Shown here in pieces: positions 26,281 to 39,689 of a stretch of DNA of 64,000 nt (position 1 is the first letter of the stretch; each line of letters starts with the position of its first letter). Source of the DNA: Octopus sinensis (lineage: Eukaryota); assembly GCF_006345805.1 (NCBI RefSeq), contig NC_043001.1, positions 127,224,001 through 127,288,000 on the forward strand. Reading direction: 5' to 3'. The position numbers and the translations under genes are program-made. The notes beneath the pieces were generated by a model. That model made no database searches and was not told where the DNA came from. It saw nothing but the letters and a program-made list of their open reading frames with translations.

Positions 26281-26342
<62 letters not shown>

Positions 26343-26364
26343 CATCATCATCATCATTATTATT

Positions 26365-27062
26365 ATATAGAAAAGGTGGTTCATTAACTTACTAAAAACT
26401 TTGTACCCATATCTGGTACTATCCAATTCGCTTGAGAGTGGGATCAGTGCCATGCAAAAAAGTAATGGAGAGAGGGAGTCACCTTGAAGATGCCTCGTCG
26501 TTGATGTTGATGCTGTTGGACTGGCTCATCCCATTACTATGGCTTAGAAAGAGACGTGTGTTTCCACATGGTCATGCTATTCTCTAAGAATTTTGAGACG
26601 ACAGGAGAGATCTTGTATATCTCAAGGGCCTTGAGTATCCATTTATGTGGGACACTGTCATACGCTTTCCTGTAGTCTATCCATGCCATACTCAGGTTTT
26701 TGTTTTTGCTCCGGCAATTTCTAACAATCATTCTGTTTATGAGCAATTGGTCTTTGCACCCATAAGAGTTTCTTTTACAACCTTTTTGAGCTTGTGGAAA
26801 GATAGAATTTTGTTCAAGGAAAGCGTACATTTCTCCGTTTATGGATGTGAGGATTTTGTAGGTGGTGTTGAGACATGTTATTGGCCGGTAATTCTTTGGG
26901 TTTTTTGTGTCTTCGGTTTTAGGTAATAGGTAGGTGGTTCCTTCAGTCAGCCAAGCAGGTATTTGCTCTGGGTTCTGAATGACATCAGACAGAGATGCAG
27001 CGAGATGTTCGTGTACCTCTGTCAAACAATTCAGCCAGAAGTTAGGGATCCGATCCGATCCG
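26365..27062 (-). mobile_element. Partial duplicate of the R4/Dong RT segment at 29660-30360
   Basis: Same 5' truncation point (CCGATCCGATCCG) and same downstream SINE. ORF 26537-27163 carries RT motifs. Confidence 0.88.
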
Positions 27063-27072
27063 ATTATTATTA

Positions 27073-27122
<50 letters not shown>

Positions 27123-27124
27123 TT

Positions 27125-27340
27125 GAGGCGGCGAGCTTTCAGAATCATTAGCACGCCAGGCAAAATGCTTAGCGGTATTTCGTCTGTCTTTACGTTCTGA
27201 ATTCAAATTCCACCGAGGTCGAATTTGCCTTTCATCTTTTCGGGGTCGATAAATTAATTACTAGTTAAACACTGGGGTCGATATAATCGACTAGTCCTCA
27301 CCCCACAAATTTGAGGCCCTGTGCCTCCGGCAGAAAGGAT
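27125..27340 (+). mobile_element. SINE family B in (ATT)n
   Basis: Near-identical to 30420-30635. Confidence 0.88.
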
Positions 27341-27345
27341 TATTA

Positions 27346-27393
<48 letters not shown>

Positions 27394-27589
27394 TATTATT
27401 ATTATATTATCATCATCATTATATTATTATATGATTATTTTATTATTATTATTTTATTATATATTATTATTATTATATTATTGTTATTATTATTATTATT
27501 ATTATATCATCATTATTATTATTGTTATTATTATTATTATTATATCATTATTATTATTATAATATACTACTACTACTACTATTATTTTA

Positions 27590-27870
27590 ATTTATAACGT
27601 ACTTTCACTTCACTACCGAGCGCAGCTCTGTGTGCCTTGGGTATGTGCTTGTTTTGGTTTGATGCTCTTATGGTTACTGTATTGAAAGTGTTTTGGGTAG
27701 GATGTGTTTTAGAGAAACGTTGTCATCTGCTGGTATTGATACATCAATTAGAAAGCATTTTTTTCTTCATGATCTCTGACAACTGTATCGGGCATATTGG
27801 CCTTAATTTCTCTATCTGCGTGTATTCGCATATCCCAGAGTATGGTTGCTTTCTCGTTTTCTGTGAGCTT
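27590..27870 (-). mobile_element. Unit U: internally deleted R4/Dong 3' fragment (4 copies: 27590, 30895, 40360, 40745)
   Basis: Encodes ATILWDM.I..DREIKAN.PD...D.EEKKCFLIDVSIPADDNVSLK fused directly to HILPKTLSIQ*. Confidence 0.8.
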
Positions 27871-27876
27871 TTATCA

Positions 27877-27949
<73 letters not shown>

Positions 27950-30360
27950 CATTGTCATTTACTTTTAATCTGCATGTTTGATGCAATCACCTGCCGGGGC
28001 ACACCCAGCGCCCTAGGGCAAGTGAAGGTTAAGAGTTGTTTGAAATAAAGCTGAAAGCTTGGGGAGGGGAAGTAGTAGAGATATATCTCCATGTAATGCA
28101 AACACAAACATTTACATTGATAGGGTTTTCTAAGGATGTGGGCAGTACTTGTTAGCACAATCTTTTGGATTTCCTTGAGACATGGTTTTCCAGGATATTG
28201 TCTAGGTGTTTCTGACATCCCTTTTTTATCATACCTAGGGCACCTACAATAACAGGAACAGTTTTTGTTTTAAGATTCCACATCCTCTGTATTTCGATTT
28301 CCAGGTCCTTATATTTACTAAGTTTGTCAAATTCCTTGACAGATACATTTTTATCAGTGGGGACGCTTACTTCTATTAGTCTTCAGGTATTTTCTTCCCT
28401 GTCTTTAACAATTATGTCTGGTCGATTAGCCTTGATCGTTCTGTCAGTGTTGACTGGAAAATCCCAGAGGATGGTGACATCTTTACCTTCAACAACTGGC
28501 TGAGGATGGTGTTCTCACCAGTTAGCAGGAGTGTCGGATTTGTAGTGTTTACATATCTTCCAATGTATATACTGTCCTACCCTATCGTGGCGATTTTTGT
28601 ATTCGTTTGGTGCCAGCACAGGGCATCCCGAAACGAGATGGTCTATCGTTTCGTCAAATGTGTCGCAGAATCTGCATTTAGGGTCAGTACCATTTCGGAG
28701 AACGTTAGCCTGGTAATTTCTGGTAAACAAGCTTTGATCTTGTGCTGCCATTATGAAACCTTCAGTCTCTGCTTTCAATCCAGAGCTCTTCAGCCATTGA
28801 TGGGTTGTTGCTTGGTCTACATCAGCATTTTGGCTTCGGAGAAATATTTGTCCATGCAGGGGCTTCTGGCTCCACCGCCTCTCAATTTGATTCTGCCCGT
28901 TCTTTTTTGCAGTCTGCTTGATTCGCTTTGCTTGCTTGGTAGCAGTGGTTTCCGGCTCTTCATCTGATTCAAGGTTAATGTCTAGTTCCCTTTCGAACTT
29001 ATAAGCTTCCTTGACTATAGAGAATGTAGCTTTTTGCTGCTTTCGTGTTCGCACACAAGTCGCAGCATCCAGTCCTTTGTACTAGATAGGTACCTGTTCA
29101 TTCCTACAGTAGAGGTCTTATAGCACAGCTCTAATTGCATCATTCCTCTCCCCCCGCTGCTTCTAGGTAGGTACAAGCGGTCTACATCTGCCTTAGGGTG
29201 GTGCATGCTCTTGGATGTCAGTAACTTTCTTGTCTTCCTGTCCAAGCGTTGGAGTTCCGTAAGGTTCCAGTTAATGATGTTAAAACTGTACTGGCCTACT
29301 GGAAGTGCCAGGGTGTTAATGGCCTCAATGCAATTTTTGGAGTTGAGTTCAGTCTTCAGTACAAGCCTTATTCTCCTATAGTATTCCTTTCTTATTTTTT
29401 CCTTCATAGTAGCATGATGTATACCATCTCCTTCGTTGATTCCTAGGTATTTGTAACTTTCCTGTGGGTCAAGTTCCTTGATGGTAGTGTCAATATCTAA
29501 TTTAACAGAAGCTGTTTGCCTGAGCTTGCCTCTTACAAAAGTTGCTTTAGCACACTTATCAAGGCCAAAATCCATTCCGATATCATTGCTAAACTCTTTA
29601 ACAGTTGTTAGCAGCCTTCTAGCTCTTGGTCATTCCTGGCAAACAGCTTTAGGTCGTCCATATAGAAAAGGTGGTTCATTAACTTACTAAAAACTTTGTA
29701 CCCATATCTGGTACTATCCAATTCGCTTGAGAGTGGGATCAGTGCCATGCAAAAAAGTAATGGAGAGAGGGAGTCACCTTGAAAGATGCCTCGTTTGATG
29801 TTGATGCTGTTGGACTGGCTCATCCCATTACTATGGCTTAGAAAGAGACGTGTGTTCCACATGGTCATGCTATTCTCTAAGAATTTTGAGACGACAGGAG
29901 AGATCTTGTATATCTCAAGGGCCTTGAGTATCCATTTATGTGGGACACTGTCATACGCTTTCCTGTAGTCTATCCATGCCATACTCAGGTTTTTGTTTTT
30001 GCTCCGCAATTCTCTACAATCATTCTGTTTATGAGCAATTGGTCTTTGCACCCATAAGAGTTTCTTTTACAACCTTTTTGAGCTTGTGGAAAGATAGAAT
30101 TTTGTTCAAGGAAAGCGTACATTCTCTCCGTTATTATGGATGTGAGGATTTTGTAGGTGGTGTTGAGACATGTTATTGGCCGGTAATTCTTTGGGTTTTT
30201 TGTGTCTTCGGTTTTAGGTAATAGGTAGGTGGTTCCTTCAGTCAGCCAAGCAGGTATTTGCTCTGGTTCTGAATGACATCAGACAGAGATGCAGCGAGAT
30301 TTCGTGTACCTCTGTCAAACAATTCAGCCAGAAGTTAGGGATCCGATCCGATCCGATTAT
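27950..30360 (-). mobile_element. R4/Dong-like RLE non-LTR retrotransposon, 5'-truncated, in (AAT)n
   Basis: RT (YRKAYDSVPH, YMDDLKL), CCHC finger (CRFC...DHLVSGC), RHD motif, RLE (RPDI...IEVS...KL.KY) and an (AAT)n tail. Confidence 0.92.
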
Positions 30361-30365
30361 TATAA

Positions 30366-30416
<51 letters not shown>

Positions 30417-30419
30417 TTT

Positions 30420-30635
30420 GAGGCGGCGAGCTTTCAGAATCATTAGCACGCCAGGCAAAATGCTTAGCGGTATTTCGTCTGTCTTTACGTTCTGAATTCA
30501 AATTCCACCGAGGTCGAATTTGCCTTTCATCTTTTCGGGGTCGATAAATTAATTACTAGTTAAACACTGGGGTCGATATAATCGACTAGTCCTCACCCCA
30601 CAAATTTGAGGCCCTGTGCCTCCGGCAGAAAGGAT
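30420..30635 (+). mobile_element. SINE family B in (ATT)n
   Basis: Same as the 27125 copy. Confidence 0.88.
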
Positions 30636-30640
30636 TATTA

Positions 30641-30696
<56 letters not shown>

Positions 30697-30749
30697 GTTA
30701 TTATTATATTATTATTATCATCATCATTATTATTATTATTATTATTATG

Positions 30750-30808
<59 letters not shown>

Positions 30809-31203
30809 CATCATTATTATTATTGTTATTATTAATATTATTATTATTATCATTGATTATTAATATTAATATTACTACTACTACTACTATTATTTTTTAA
30901 TTTATAACGTACTTTCACTTCACTCACCCAGCGCAGCTCTGTGTGCCTTGGGTATGTGCTGTAGTTTGGTTTGATGCTCTTAGGTTACTGTATTGAAAGT
31001 GTTTTGGGTAGGATGTGTTTTAGAGAAACTTTGTCATCTGCTGGTATTGATACATCAATTAGAAAGCATTTTTTTCTTCATGATCTCTGACAACTGTATC
31101 GGGCATATGGCCTTAATTTCCTCTATCTGCGTGTTTCGCATATCCCAGAGTATGGTTGCTTTCTCGTTTTCTGTGAGCAGCTTTTATCATCATTTATTAA
31201 TTA

Positions 31204-31239
<36 letters not shown>

Positions 31240-32142
31240 CATTATTATAATTATTATGATTAATATTATTATTATTATTATATTATTATTATTATTATTA
31301 TTATGATTATTATTATTATCATTATTATTATTATTATTATCATTATTATTATTATTATTATCATTATTATTATTAATATTATTATTAATCATCATTATTC
31401 ATCTTTTTTCTCTTTTACTTGTGTTTATTTGATTACCCCTGTATCACCAATCACAAGGTTTCATTGTTAAAATAATGCAGACAAGACACGAAGAAGACCC
31501 GCCATTATTTTGCATTGTTGACGCTGAACTTGAATATTAATTGAGAAATTAGTCTGTAACATATTTGTGTTGTTTTCTTTCTGCTTCTTCTTTTGTATGT
31601 GTGATTTGTAAATTGTAGGGTTGTAGACGTTGTAAGGTTGTGGTGGAAGGAAGGAAGAGAGTAATTAAACGACAATAAATACGTAAATCCTAGAAGAATA
31701 AAAGGAAGCAAACGAGAAGTATATGAAAGGAGAGAGAAAAAGGGTTGGTAGATAAATAGAGAAAGAGAGAGAGAAAGGAATGAGAGAAAGGGGGCACAGA
31801 TAAAAAGGCACACAGACAGACAGACAAAAAGGCTTGATAGATGCAAAGATGTTGTTATTTGTGTGTATGTAGATACATACATGCATGCATGCATGCATAC
31901 ATACATACATACATACATGCATGCATGCATGCATGCATGCATACATACATACATACATAAATACATACATACATATATATATACATACATACATGCATAC
32001 ATACATACATATATACATACATACATATATACATACATAATACATACATATACATACATACATACATACATACATACATAAATACACACTTACATGCATA
32101 CATACATACATACATAAATACATACATACATACATACATACA

Positions 32143-32155
32143 TAGCAGCAGCAGC

Positions 32156-32207
<52 letters not shown>

Positions 32208-33150
32208 AGGATTATATACCGGTGAAATGTGCCCTTAGTGAAATTTTCCGAGAAAAAAAATTACTCTAGCTTTGAAGGACTCTCCTGAGGAGACAGAATT
32301 CTGTACCAAAGTAAGTAAAAGAAACACCAAAAACGGTATTAAAAGCTGTTAACAAAATTGGTGATGAGTATTTACAACAGTGTGATGAACCCACATACTA
32401 GCAGATTAACACGTATCTATATGCTCTGGCTACAAGAATGATATTCAAAAAGTAAACAAAACCGAAATAACAAAGAAAGTACCATCCTGGGTTTTGAATT
32501 CAGAGAAAAAGACAACTGGTTTACGGAAGACCAACAGTCTTGTAATGATGCTTATTGCATGCAAACAAGCAAATCACTATGCGTCTCACCAACACAAAGC
32601 AAAGGAGATAGAAATGATGTTTGGAGACAGCAAAAAAGGGGACATCACTTGTAAACTGATTACCCTCAAGCAGGAGCTAAAGCGTCAGTGAAAGCTCGAC
32701 ATCAGAAGAGAATAACCGACGAGAAGAACAATCAACAAAAAATTTAACCGCACCAGGCAGCAGTATACAGGACATGAAAGGAGGAGCAGTAAATATCGCG
32801 GAAGCTCCTTCACAAGAAGACATAGACTCCTTCAAGGGGAAAATCTGGAGTGAAGTAATTTAACCAGATGCTCTGCGGCAGAAGAAATCCGAATAAGTTA
32901 TTGTTCTTGCGTTACATCTAAGACATAACAACATTGATTTGATTGTGAAACTCTTGCAACTGTGATCCAGAAACTTCAGGATGGAAAAGCACTGGAAAGA
33001 GACTTGATTGTTGGATATTGGTACAAGAAGCTAGCATTCACCCGACCATATATTATCAATTTGTACCAGCAAGCTTTCATTGAGAACAGTGGAATGCTAC
33101 ATTGGTTAGCTCTAGCAGAAACAAAATTGATCCCCAAATGCAGAACCACC
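32143..33150 (+). mobile_element. Fragment of the (CATA)n-flanked R4/Dong family (block A counterpart of 43050-44070)
   Basis: ORFs 32494-32691 and 32962-33180 are near-identical to 43411-43611 and 43882-44259. Confidence 0.85.
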
Positions 33151-34571
33151 TATCTCGGTAATAATTTTGTTGTTATTTAGCCTCAAACCAACCCTGATAC
33201 AGCAAACCTATGTTGTTATAAAAAATATCTCTGGTTATTAAAGAAGGGTTTTGTTAGGGGAGTGGACCCGAAAGTTGTTGTTCGCAAACAGCAGCAGTAA
33301 TTTTCTTCAGCTGAATACACTTCGTTGATTGGTTAAAATTACCCAAATACGACAACTTTAACACGAAATAACTTCTAAAATACAAAATTTTGTCAAAACG
33401 TTAAGAGTAAACCCTGTTCTATGTGACACATTCTACCAGTATCCGAAGTTTCAAAGTGTTTAGTTAAAAAAGAATAATTAAAAAATTTGCCCATGAAATT
33501 GAAAAGATCCTATTAAGGTTTAAACAAGGGCAATAAACAACAACATTGTAAAGGAATTAAAGTAATCAGTTGAGAAATATTCCATTGTCAAGCTGTACTA
33601 CAAATATAAAGGCACGTGGTTTTTGTCCCTGAATCGCTATCTGTCTCTGCTTACTTCTCTGTCTGCCTTCAACTATCTCTTTTCCTCAGGCACTCAGAAT
33701 ACACCCTACCATCTTAACATAGAAATAAATGAATGTCACGAGATGTTATGACTGGAAGGATTTTTATTAAACAACAACTTTAAAAAAATTAGAGGAAGTT
33801 AGACGCTCGTTTGACCTTCAAGGTAGACCACAAAAAAAAACTCTCAGTCGATTCCATTGGATGAGGTAAGGTTAGATGCTTTATATCTGACGTAAGACGA
33901 GATGGTTACAGTAGAACTCATTAAATCATACATCTGCTCGACCACAACTAACCTAAGACAACATTCTCAATATATAAACAATATCACTAACAGCTCGATA
34001 TTACCAAACACATGTACTGTTCCTGTCCCCATCACCACCATAATCAATGTTGGGTTTTCCTTACCGATCAGTCAGTGAGGAGAGCAGTGCCTGTGACCCG
34101 TTTTCGTGGGATAAGGAGAGAGGGAGGAAAGTAGCCTTTAACTGGAGACATAACACTAATGCTTGCAACAGAGTGAACTCTATTAGAGGCACTGAAGGAC
34201 CAACTGGTGGAGCTAAGCCGTGCTTTTCCAAGATAATTTTGTCCAGAGGTTCTGAAGAAACATAATCAGGAAAATCCGTCTGTAATATTTTGCTCTTATA
34301 TTTGAAGACTTAATTTTTGTATTTGTTCCTTGCTAGTATTGCTGTAGCAATCTTCATGCTTACTTTGATAATTTCATTACCACTTGCGCTACAGGTATCT
34401 TGATGATGTTGTTTAAGAGCAGGAGTTCTCAACCGCTTTAGAGTTACCGCTTGCTGTCACGTGGAAAACTTTTCTACCACCCGCCTGTCAATATCCGAAA
34501 AAGACTAAAAAAAATTGTTAACTTAAAATTACCAGTTTTTCCGTTACAAAATTCTTTATTGGAATTAATCT

Positions 34572-34685
34572 GGATGGAAGCACTCCGTCGGTTACGACGA
34601 CGAGGGTTCCGGTTGATCCGATCAAAGGAACAGCCTGCTCGTGAATTAACGTGTAAGTGGCTGAGCACTTCCACTACACCTGGTA
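34572..34685 (-). mobile_element. 3' tail fragment of SINE tail X
   Basis: GGATGGAAGCACTCCGTCGGTTACGACG motif. Confidence 0.8.
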
Positions 34686-35116
34686 CCTTCGCTTCTCTCT
34701 CGCCTCTCTCCTGAAGATGAAACTCAGCTAATACTGTAGGACAGTCAAGAAAAGAGAGATAAATCATTTGGAAGATTAATCAGACTTTGTGGCACAAATC
34801 TTCAAACTGGTCACAAGCCAGCTCTTTATGTTATGTTGCATCCTTATTTACATCTAGCAGTTCCATACAAGCACAAATGCCAGAAACAGTAAAATGCAGC
34901 ACCAAGACAATGAGATATTGATTGCAGAATACTTCAATTAGTTGCAAGGCATCCAGCAAAGTTTACATTGAAAAAAAAAAACCAAAAAAAAAAAAAAACC
35001 ATTGGATCATCTGCAATTATGCGGGATCTAAAGAGAGTTAGCTTAAAGTCTTGTTTCATGACAAATGATTTATTAAGCAATTAGCTTCTATGGTTCTGTC
35101 ATCTGTCATCCATTAA

Positions 35117-35336
35117 CCCTTTCATTACCAAATTTCTCTTGAAACACATTGCCTTGTCTTGTTTCAGTTAATTTCGAAAAGAATGAAGTATTTAGTAAAA
35201 TAACCTGTCGTTATTAAATTGTGGTCTGGAACATAAATTACCAAGGAATTCTGATGGAAGGTTTCAATTTGGATAACTTTAAAACAAGTTACATCATACA
35301 GCCAGGGCAGCCTTGGGCAGGCTGTTATTAAAAGGA
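35117..35336. mobile_element. piggyBac-like MITE
   Basis: TTAA|CCCTTT...AAAGGA|TTAA (TSDs 35113-35116 and 35337-35340). Confidence 0.6.
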
Positions 35337-35559
35337 TTAAACTCAGAATGCAATACAAAATAAAATTTGCAGGAGTTTAATTAATGATCACCCAATGTGA
35401 TAAATAGGATATTCTGCCGGGAGGGAAGAGCAACAATTTACATTATAACCAAAACTACAACCATACACTCACAAGAATTTACTAATCATATAATGATCAA
35501 TAATCTCACTATATCCCTACAGGAAAGTGCACCCTTCCATTCTGAAAAATGTATAAAGG

Positions 35560-35800
35560 AGCTGGCTTAAATCTAATGCATTAAATGGTCAGGATCATCT
35601 CCAAACTGAATCCTATAGAAAATGTATAGAATTATATGAGAAAGAATATAGCAGCTTATAATGCCTCATCAATTTCAAAATTTAAAAAGAAAAGCTACTA
35701 CAAGTTTGGATAGAAGAGATAATCCCAGAATGCTGTCAAAATTTGGTTGAAAACGTACCTAACTATATTGTCATTGTACGTTGATAGTTATACTTTTTTG
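35560..35800 (+). mobile_element. Tc1-like transposase C-terminal fragment, decayed
   Basis: SP(N)LNPIENV*...LLQVWIEEI.PECCQNLVENVP resembles SPDLNPIENxW...C..LV.SMP. Confidence 0.6.
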
Positions 35801-36262
35801 AGCTGTTTTAGTTTATCATAAAAATCATACCTTAATTTTTCATCTCTGTCATCAATTATAGTTTTTTCCAGTGTTTTGACCATACATGTGTGTGTGTGTG
35901 TGTGTGTGTGCGTGTGTGTGTTACCAGCAAAACATATATCCTAAAAGGGAGATGCAGCAGAGTTTCTCAGGAGTAATTGATAATGTAGTCACTTAGATTT
36001 TGACACTTATATGGTCTGAGTCCTAATAATTATACATCTTTATGCATTGTATATTAAAAAATCTATATCGTTCATCTTTAGTTTTGGTTTTAGAGTTTGT
36101 TGTCTCTCATTGACTTCAAAGCTTGTTTAATATAATCATCATCATTGTCATCATCGACTTCTATAATTCCTTGTTAGCTTAGGTAAGTTATTATTTAAAC
36201 AACCATTCCATGATAAGTAAAAATAATCCTACAAACTTTTGAATAATAAATCAGGTACTTAC

Positions 36263-36394
36263 TAAAATCTCACTTGCAGATGGTGGAAATTTTCGAGCCA
36301 TTACTCTCGGTTTTCGTAATTGTGAGTAACAAATTTTTGCATATTTACCAACTGTTTCATCACCAATATGTTTCTTTACATATGAGACTAAATA
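36263..36394 (-). CDS. MyTH4-domain protein exon (132 nt, phase 0-0)
   Basis: ttttttgtag acceptor and gtaagt donor. Encodes YLVSYVKKHIGDETVGKYAKICYSQLRKPRVMARKFPPSASEIL, the C-terminal MyTH4 pattern ending R..PPS..EI. Confidence 0.85.
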
Positions 36395-36801
36395 CTACAA
36401 AAAACAGCAAATAAAAAAAGTATAAAAGCAATTACAGGTGTGCAGGAAATGCAAATGCATGTTAACTTTAACAACAGGCTGTTAAGTATAAAATTTTACA
36501 TTTAAAACAAGACATTTCCTAGAATGTAATCAATGAGTACAGCTATCTCAAAGTCTGAGCACATATGTAAGCAAGATTATATCGCTTATCTTTATGCAGT
36601 ATCATATTATTACAGTAGATGCTATGTATTTGATGTCAGTTTGTAATATGACAAATGATTCAGTGAATATTAGTAACTTAATACAGAAAAAAAGATTTAA
36701 ATTCTACCAATTTACAAAGGAAAAAAATAAAAATAAAGATAGCAAATAAATAAGAGCAATATTTTAACAGCATCGTAACATGAACTGGTTACTAATATTA
36801 C

Positions 36802-37029
36802 CTTATGTAATGTTTTGCTGGCTGAGAAAGCAGCAGAACAAAAACTCATCACACCCCAGGCCTTTATCAAAGCATCAGTATCTGGGTTCCTATGAGTCTG
36901 ACGAACTATCTGGCAATATAATTCGTCCCTTAATTCAATCCGTTCCAGCCCATATCTCACAAAGTTCTGCAGAAATTGTATCACAGAATCAGAATTGGTT
37001 TCCTCTCCTCGAATGTATTTTGTTAGTTC
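36802..37029 (-). CDS. MyTH4-domain protein exon (228 nt, phase 0-0), unconventional myosin or other MyTH4 protein
   Basis: tcttttaacag acceptor and gtaata donor. Encodes ELTKYIRGE...GLERIELRDELYCQIVRQTHRNP...KAWGVMSFCSAAF...LHK, including the LRDExYCQ signature. Confidence 0.9.
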
Positions 37030-38424
37030 CTGTTAAAAGAAAAGAAACATGATTCCAAATAGTTTTTAATAGTTGACTCATACAAACAAGTCTGGAAACA
37101 AAGTTATCATATTTAAAATCTAAAATATTACATGCTTTAACCTTTTAACTTATCCACATGGAATTTGTGAATATTTTCTCCAAGAAACAAGTGTTATGAA
37201 ATAAAGATAAATGGATTAAATATAATCTAAGATTTGAAATAATTGACTGAACAACACAATGCAATTCATGAACAACACAATACATTAATGGACAGTATTT
37301 TGGATTGATCAGTTAAGATTCTTAACGAGAGGAATAAGATAAATTCCACCTTTCCAAGTAGCAGAAGTCTAGTTAATAACTTTCCTACTACAACAGAATT
37401 ATGGCTCATATCATTGAGTTAATGATATATTTTTGATGAGAAGTGAATTGGAATCTCAGCTATACCATACTATTAAAGCTGTCTGTTCTCTAAAATACAA
37501 GACACTATAAACTTAGATTTGCAGACAATGGCAATTATATCGAAAATCAACCAATTATTCTAGTTGTCACAAGTGACAAAGGCAGGTAACGTAATCAACA
37601 GTTAACAAACTCAAGAATTACTTTGAAATCCCAATTCTGAATTGAACCTGTGTTCTTGGTACATTTGTAAAATATAATTTTAAAGTGTGCAGTAACAAAA
37701 ACAAGATTATAAAAATAGTCTGGTTCATCTTTTGTTTTCTTTTTCTTTCTCAAGTAAGAATCAATAGATTCTCAGACAGAGGGTATCAATCCGATCTTTT
37801 TAGTTCCCCACAAACAAACAAAGCAAAAGAAAACAGTTTTCTATACATTCCCACCTCTCGTTCCACTTAACGTTTCATTTTCCCTTTAATATATATGATC
37901 TTTTAAATTCAAAGAGTCTAATAATAATAATAGCAGCAGCAGCAGTAGTTACAACAACAACAATAATGACACCAACAGCAGAAATATATTGACCATTTGT
38001 AGTGTTGGGTAGAAGAAATCAATATCCACCTCTTATTGGTTTGCTTTCCTCTCTGATTCCTGATTCTATCAGAAACAGTGCTATTTATTTGTATATCTTA
38101 CTGGGTAATTTTCCTAGCACCAAAGCCGAAAGCTAGGAATCCAAGATCAATAGTCTGTAGGAAGGGTTGAGGTTTCTTTCCTTCATACAATCAGTGGCCA
38201 ATATGGTAGAATCAATACTGAGATTTCAATAGCAAATATTGCTGTTTTCTCAACCAAAAGGAGTAGATCAAATGACGTCTGTTTTTAACCCTCAAAATAA
38301 AACTCAGCTAAAAAGAAATTACCATACATGATATCATTTCTAAGTTCTTTTTATTTCTGTTGACTACGAAAACTGGTATACATGGGCCATTACTGTACAG
38401 ATGATAATAACGAAACATTAAAAT

Positions 38425-38524
38425 NNNNNNNNNNNNNNNNNNNNNNNNNNNNNNNNNNNNNNNNNNNNNNNNNNNNNNNNNNNNNNNNNNNNNNNNNNNN
38501 NNNNNNNNNNNNNNNNNNNNNNNN
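38425..38524. other. Assembly gap (100 N)
   Basis: Direct reading. The round size suggests a scaffolding join of unknown true length. Confidence 0.99.
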
Positions 38525-39032
38525 TTTGGTGGTAGTTTTGTTATAATGGGTCGGTTGTTTTGATGGTGCTCGTGGTAGTGGTGGTCAGAGTATGGCGTTG
38601 TTGGTAATGGTAGTGGCTATCTTGTTTACGTGTTTGCAGCAGCCATCTTGTTTATGTGTTACACTATTGTTGTCGTTTTTCGTTTCGGTGGATGTGGAGG
38701 TAGTGGCGCTAGTAGTGGTCGTGGTGGTGGTAGCTGTCGTTATGATGGCGGTTGTTCTGGTGGTGCTCGTGCTAGTTGCGCAGGTGTTGGTGATACTATT
38801 GTCATTAATTTTTGGCTGTCACTCTTTTCATTATTGCTTAAGCCATTGTTGATGATGAAAAGCCGTTTCTGTTCTTTTGTTTTTGTTTTGTTTTGTTTGT
38901 TTTTTGCCAATGTCATGGCTGTATTTGTTTTGCTGTATTTGTTGTTCCGCTTTGCTTTTCCTTCATCCTCTTAGTACACTTATTATTCTTATTCTTATTT
39001 ATCATCCTTCTCATCATCATGATCATCATCAT

Positions 39033-39082
<50 letters not shown>

Positions 39083-39299
39083 GAAAATGCTTATAATTAT
39101 TGTTTTTCTTAATGTTAACCCTTCGTAGTCAATAAAGAAGCAATCGTCATCATCATTATCATCATCATCATCATCATCATCGCCATCATCATCATCATCA
39201 TTCATCATCATCATCACTAATACTACTACTACTACTACAAGAAAAATGCTTATAATTATTGTTTTTCTTAATGTAACACTTCGTAGTCAATAAAGAAGC

Positions 39300-39380
<81 letters not shown>

Positions 39381-39390
39381 AGCATTTTTT

Positions 39391-39609
39391 GGAGGCGGCG
39401 AGCTGGCAGAATCATTAGCATGCCAGGCAAAATGCTTAGCGGTATTTCGTCTTCTGTCTTTACGTTCTGAATTCAAATTCCACCGAGGTCGAATTTGCCT
39501 TTCATCTTTTCGGGGTCGATAAATTAATTACTAGTTAAACACTGGGGTCGATATAATCGACTAGTCCCCACCCCACAAATTTGAGGCCTTTGTGCCTCCG
39601 GCAGAAAGG

Positions 39610-39610
<1 letters not shown>
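39391..39610 (+). mobile_element. SINE family B in (ATT)n
   Basis: Counterpart of 26060-26275. Confidence 0.88.
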
Positions 39611-39678
<68 letters not shown>

Positions 39679-39689
39679 TATTATTATTG

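Larger units (their letters stand above)
25307..34571 (+). repeat. Duplicated block A, homologous to 38525-46649
   Basis: Colinear shared segments: 25307-26275/38525-39610, 30895-32140/40745-41930, 32143-33150/43050-44070 and 34230-34571/46280-46649. Confidence 0.9.

Noticed and set aside
25860-31400. CRISPR-like repeat-spacer array
   Set aside because: The repeats are microsatellites and retroposon copies of variable length in a eukaryotic context, and there are no cas genes.
38102-38390. Upstream MyTH4-gene exons (38102-38154 and 38321-38390)
   Set aside because: The peptides do not resemble the MyTH4 N-terminus, and the phase does not join the 37029 exon.
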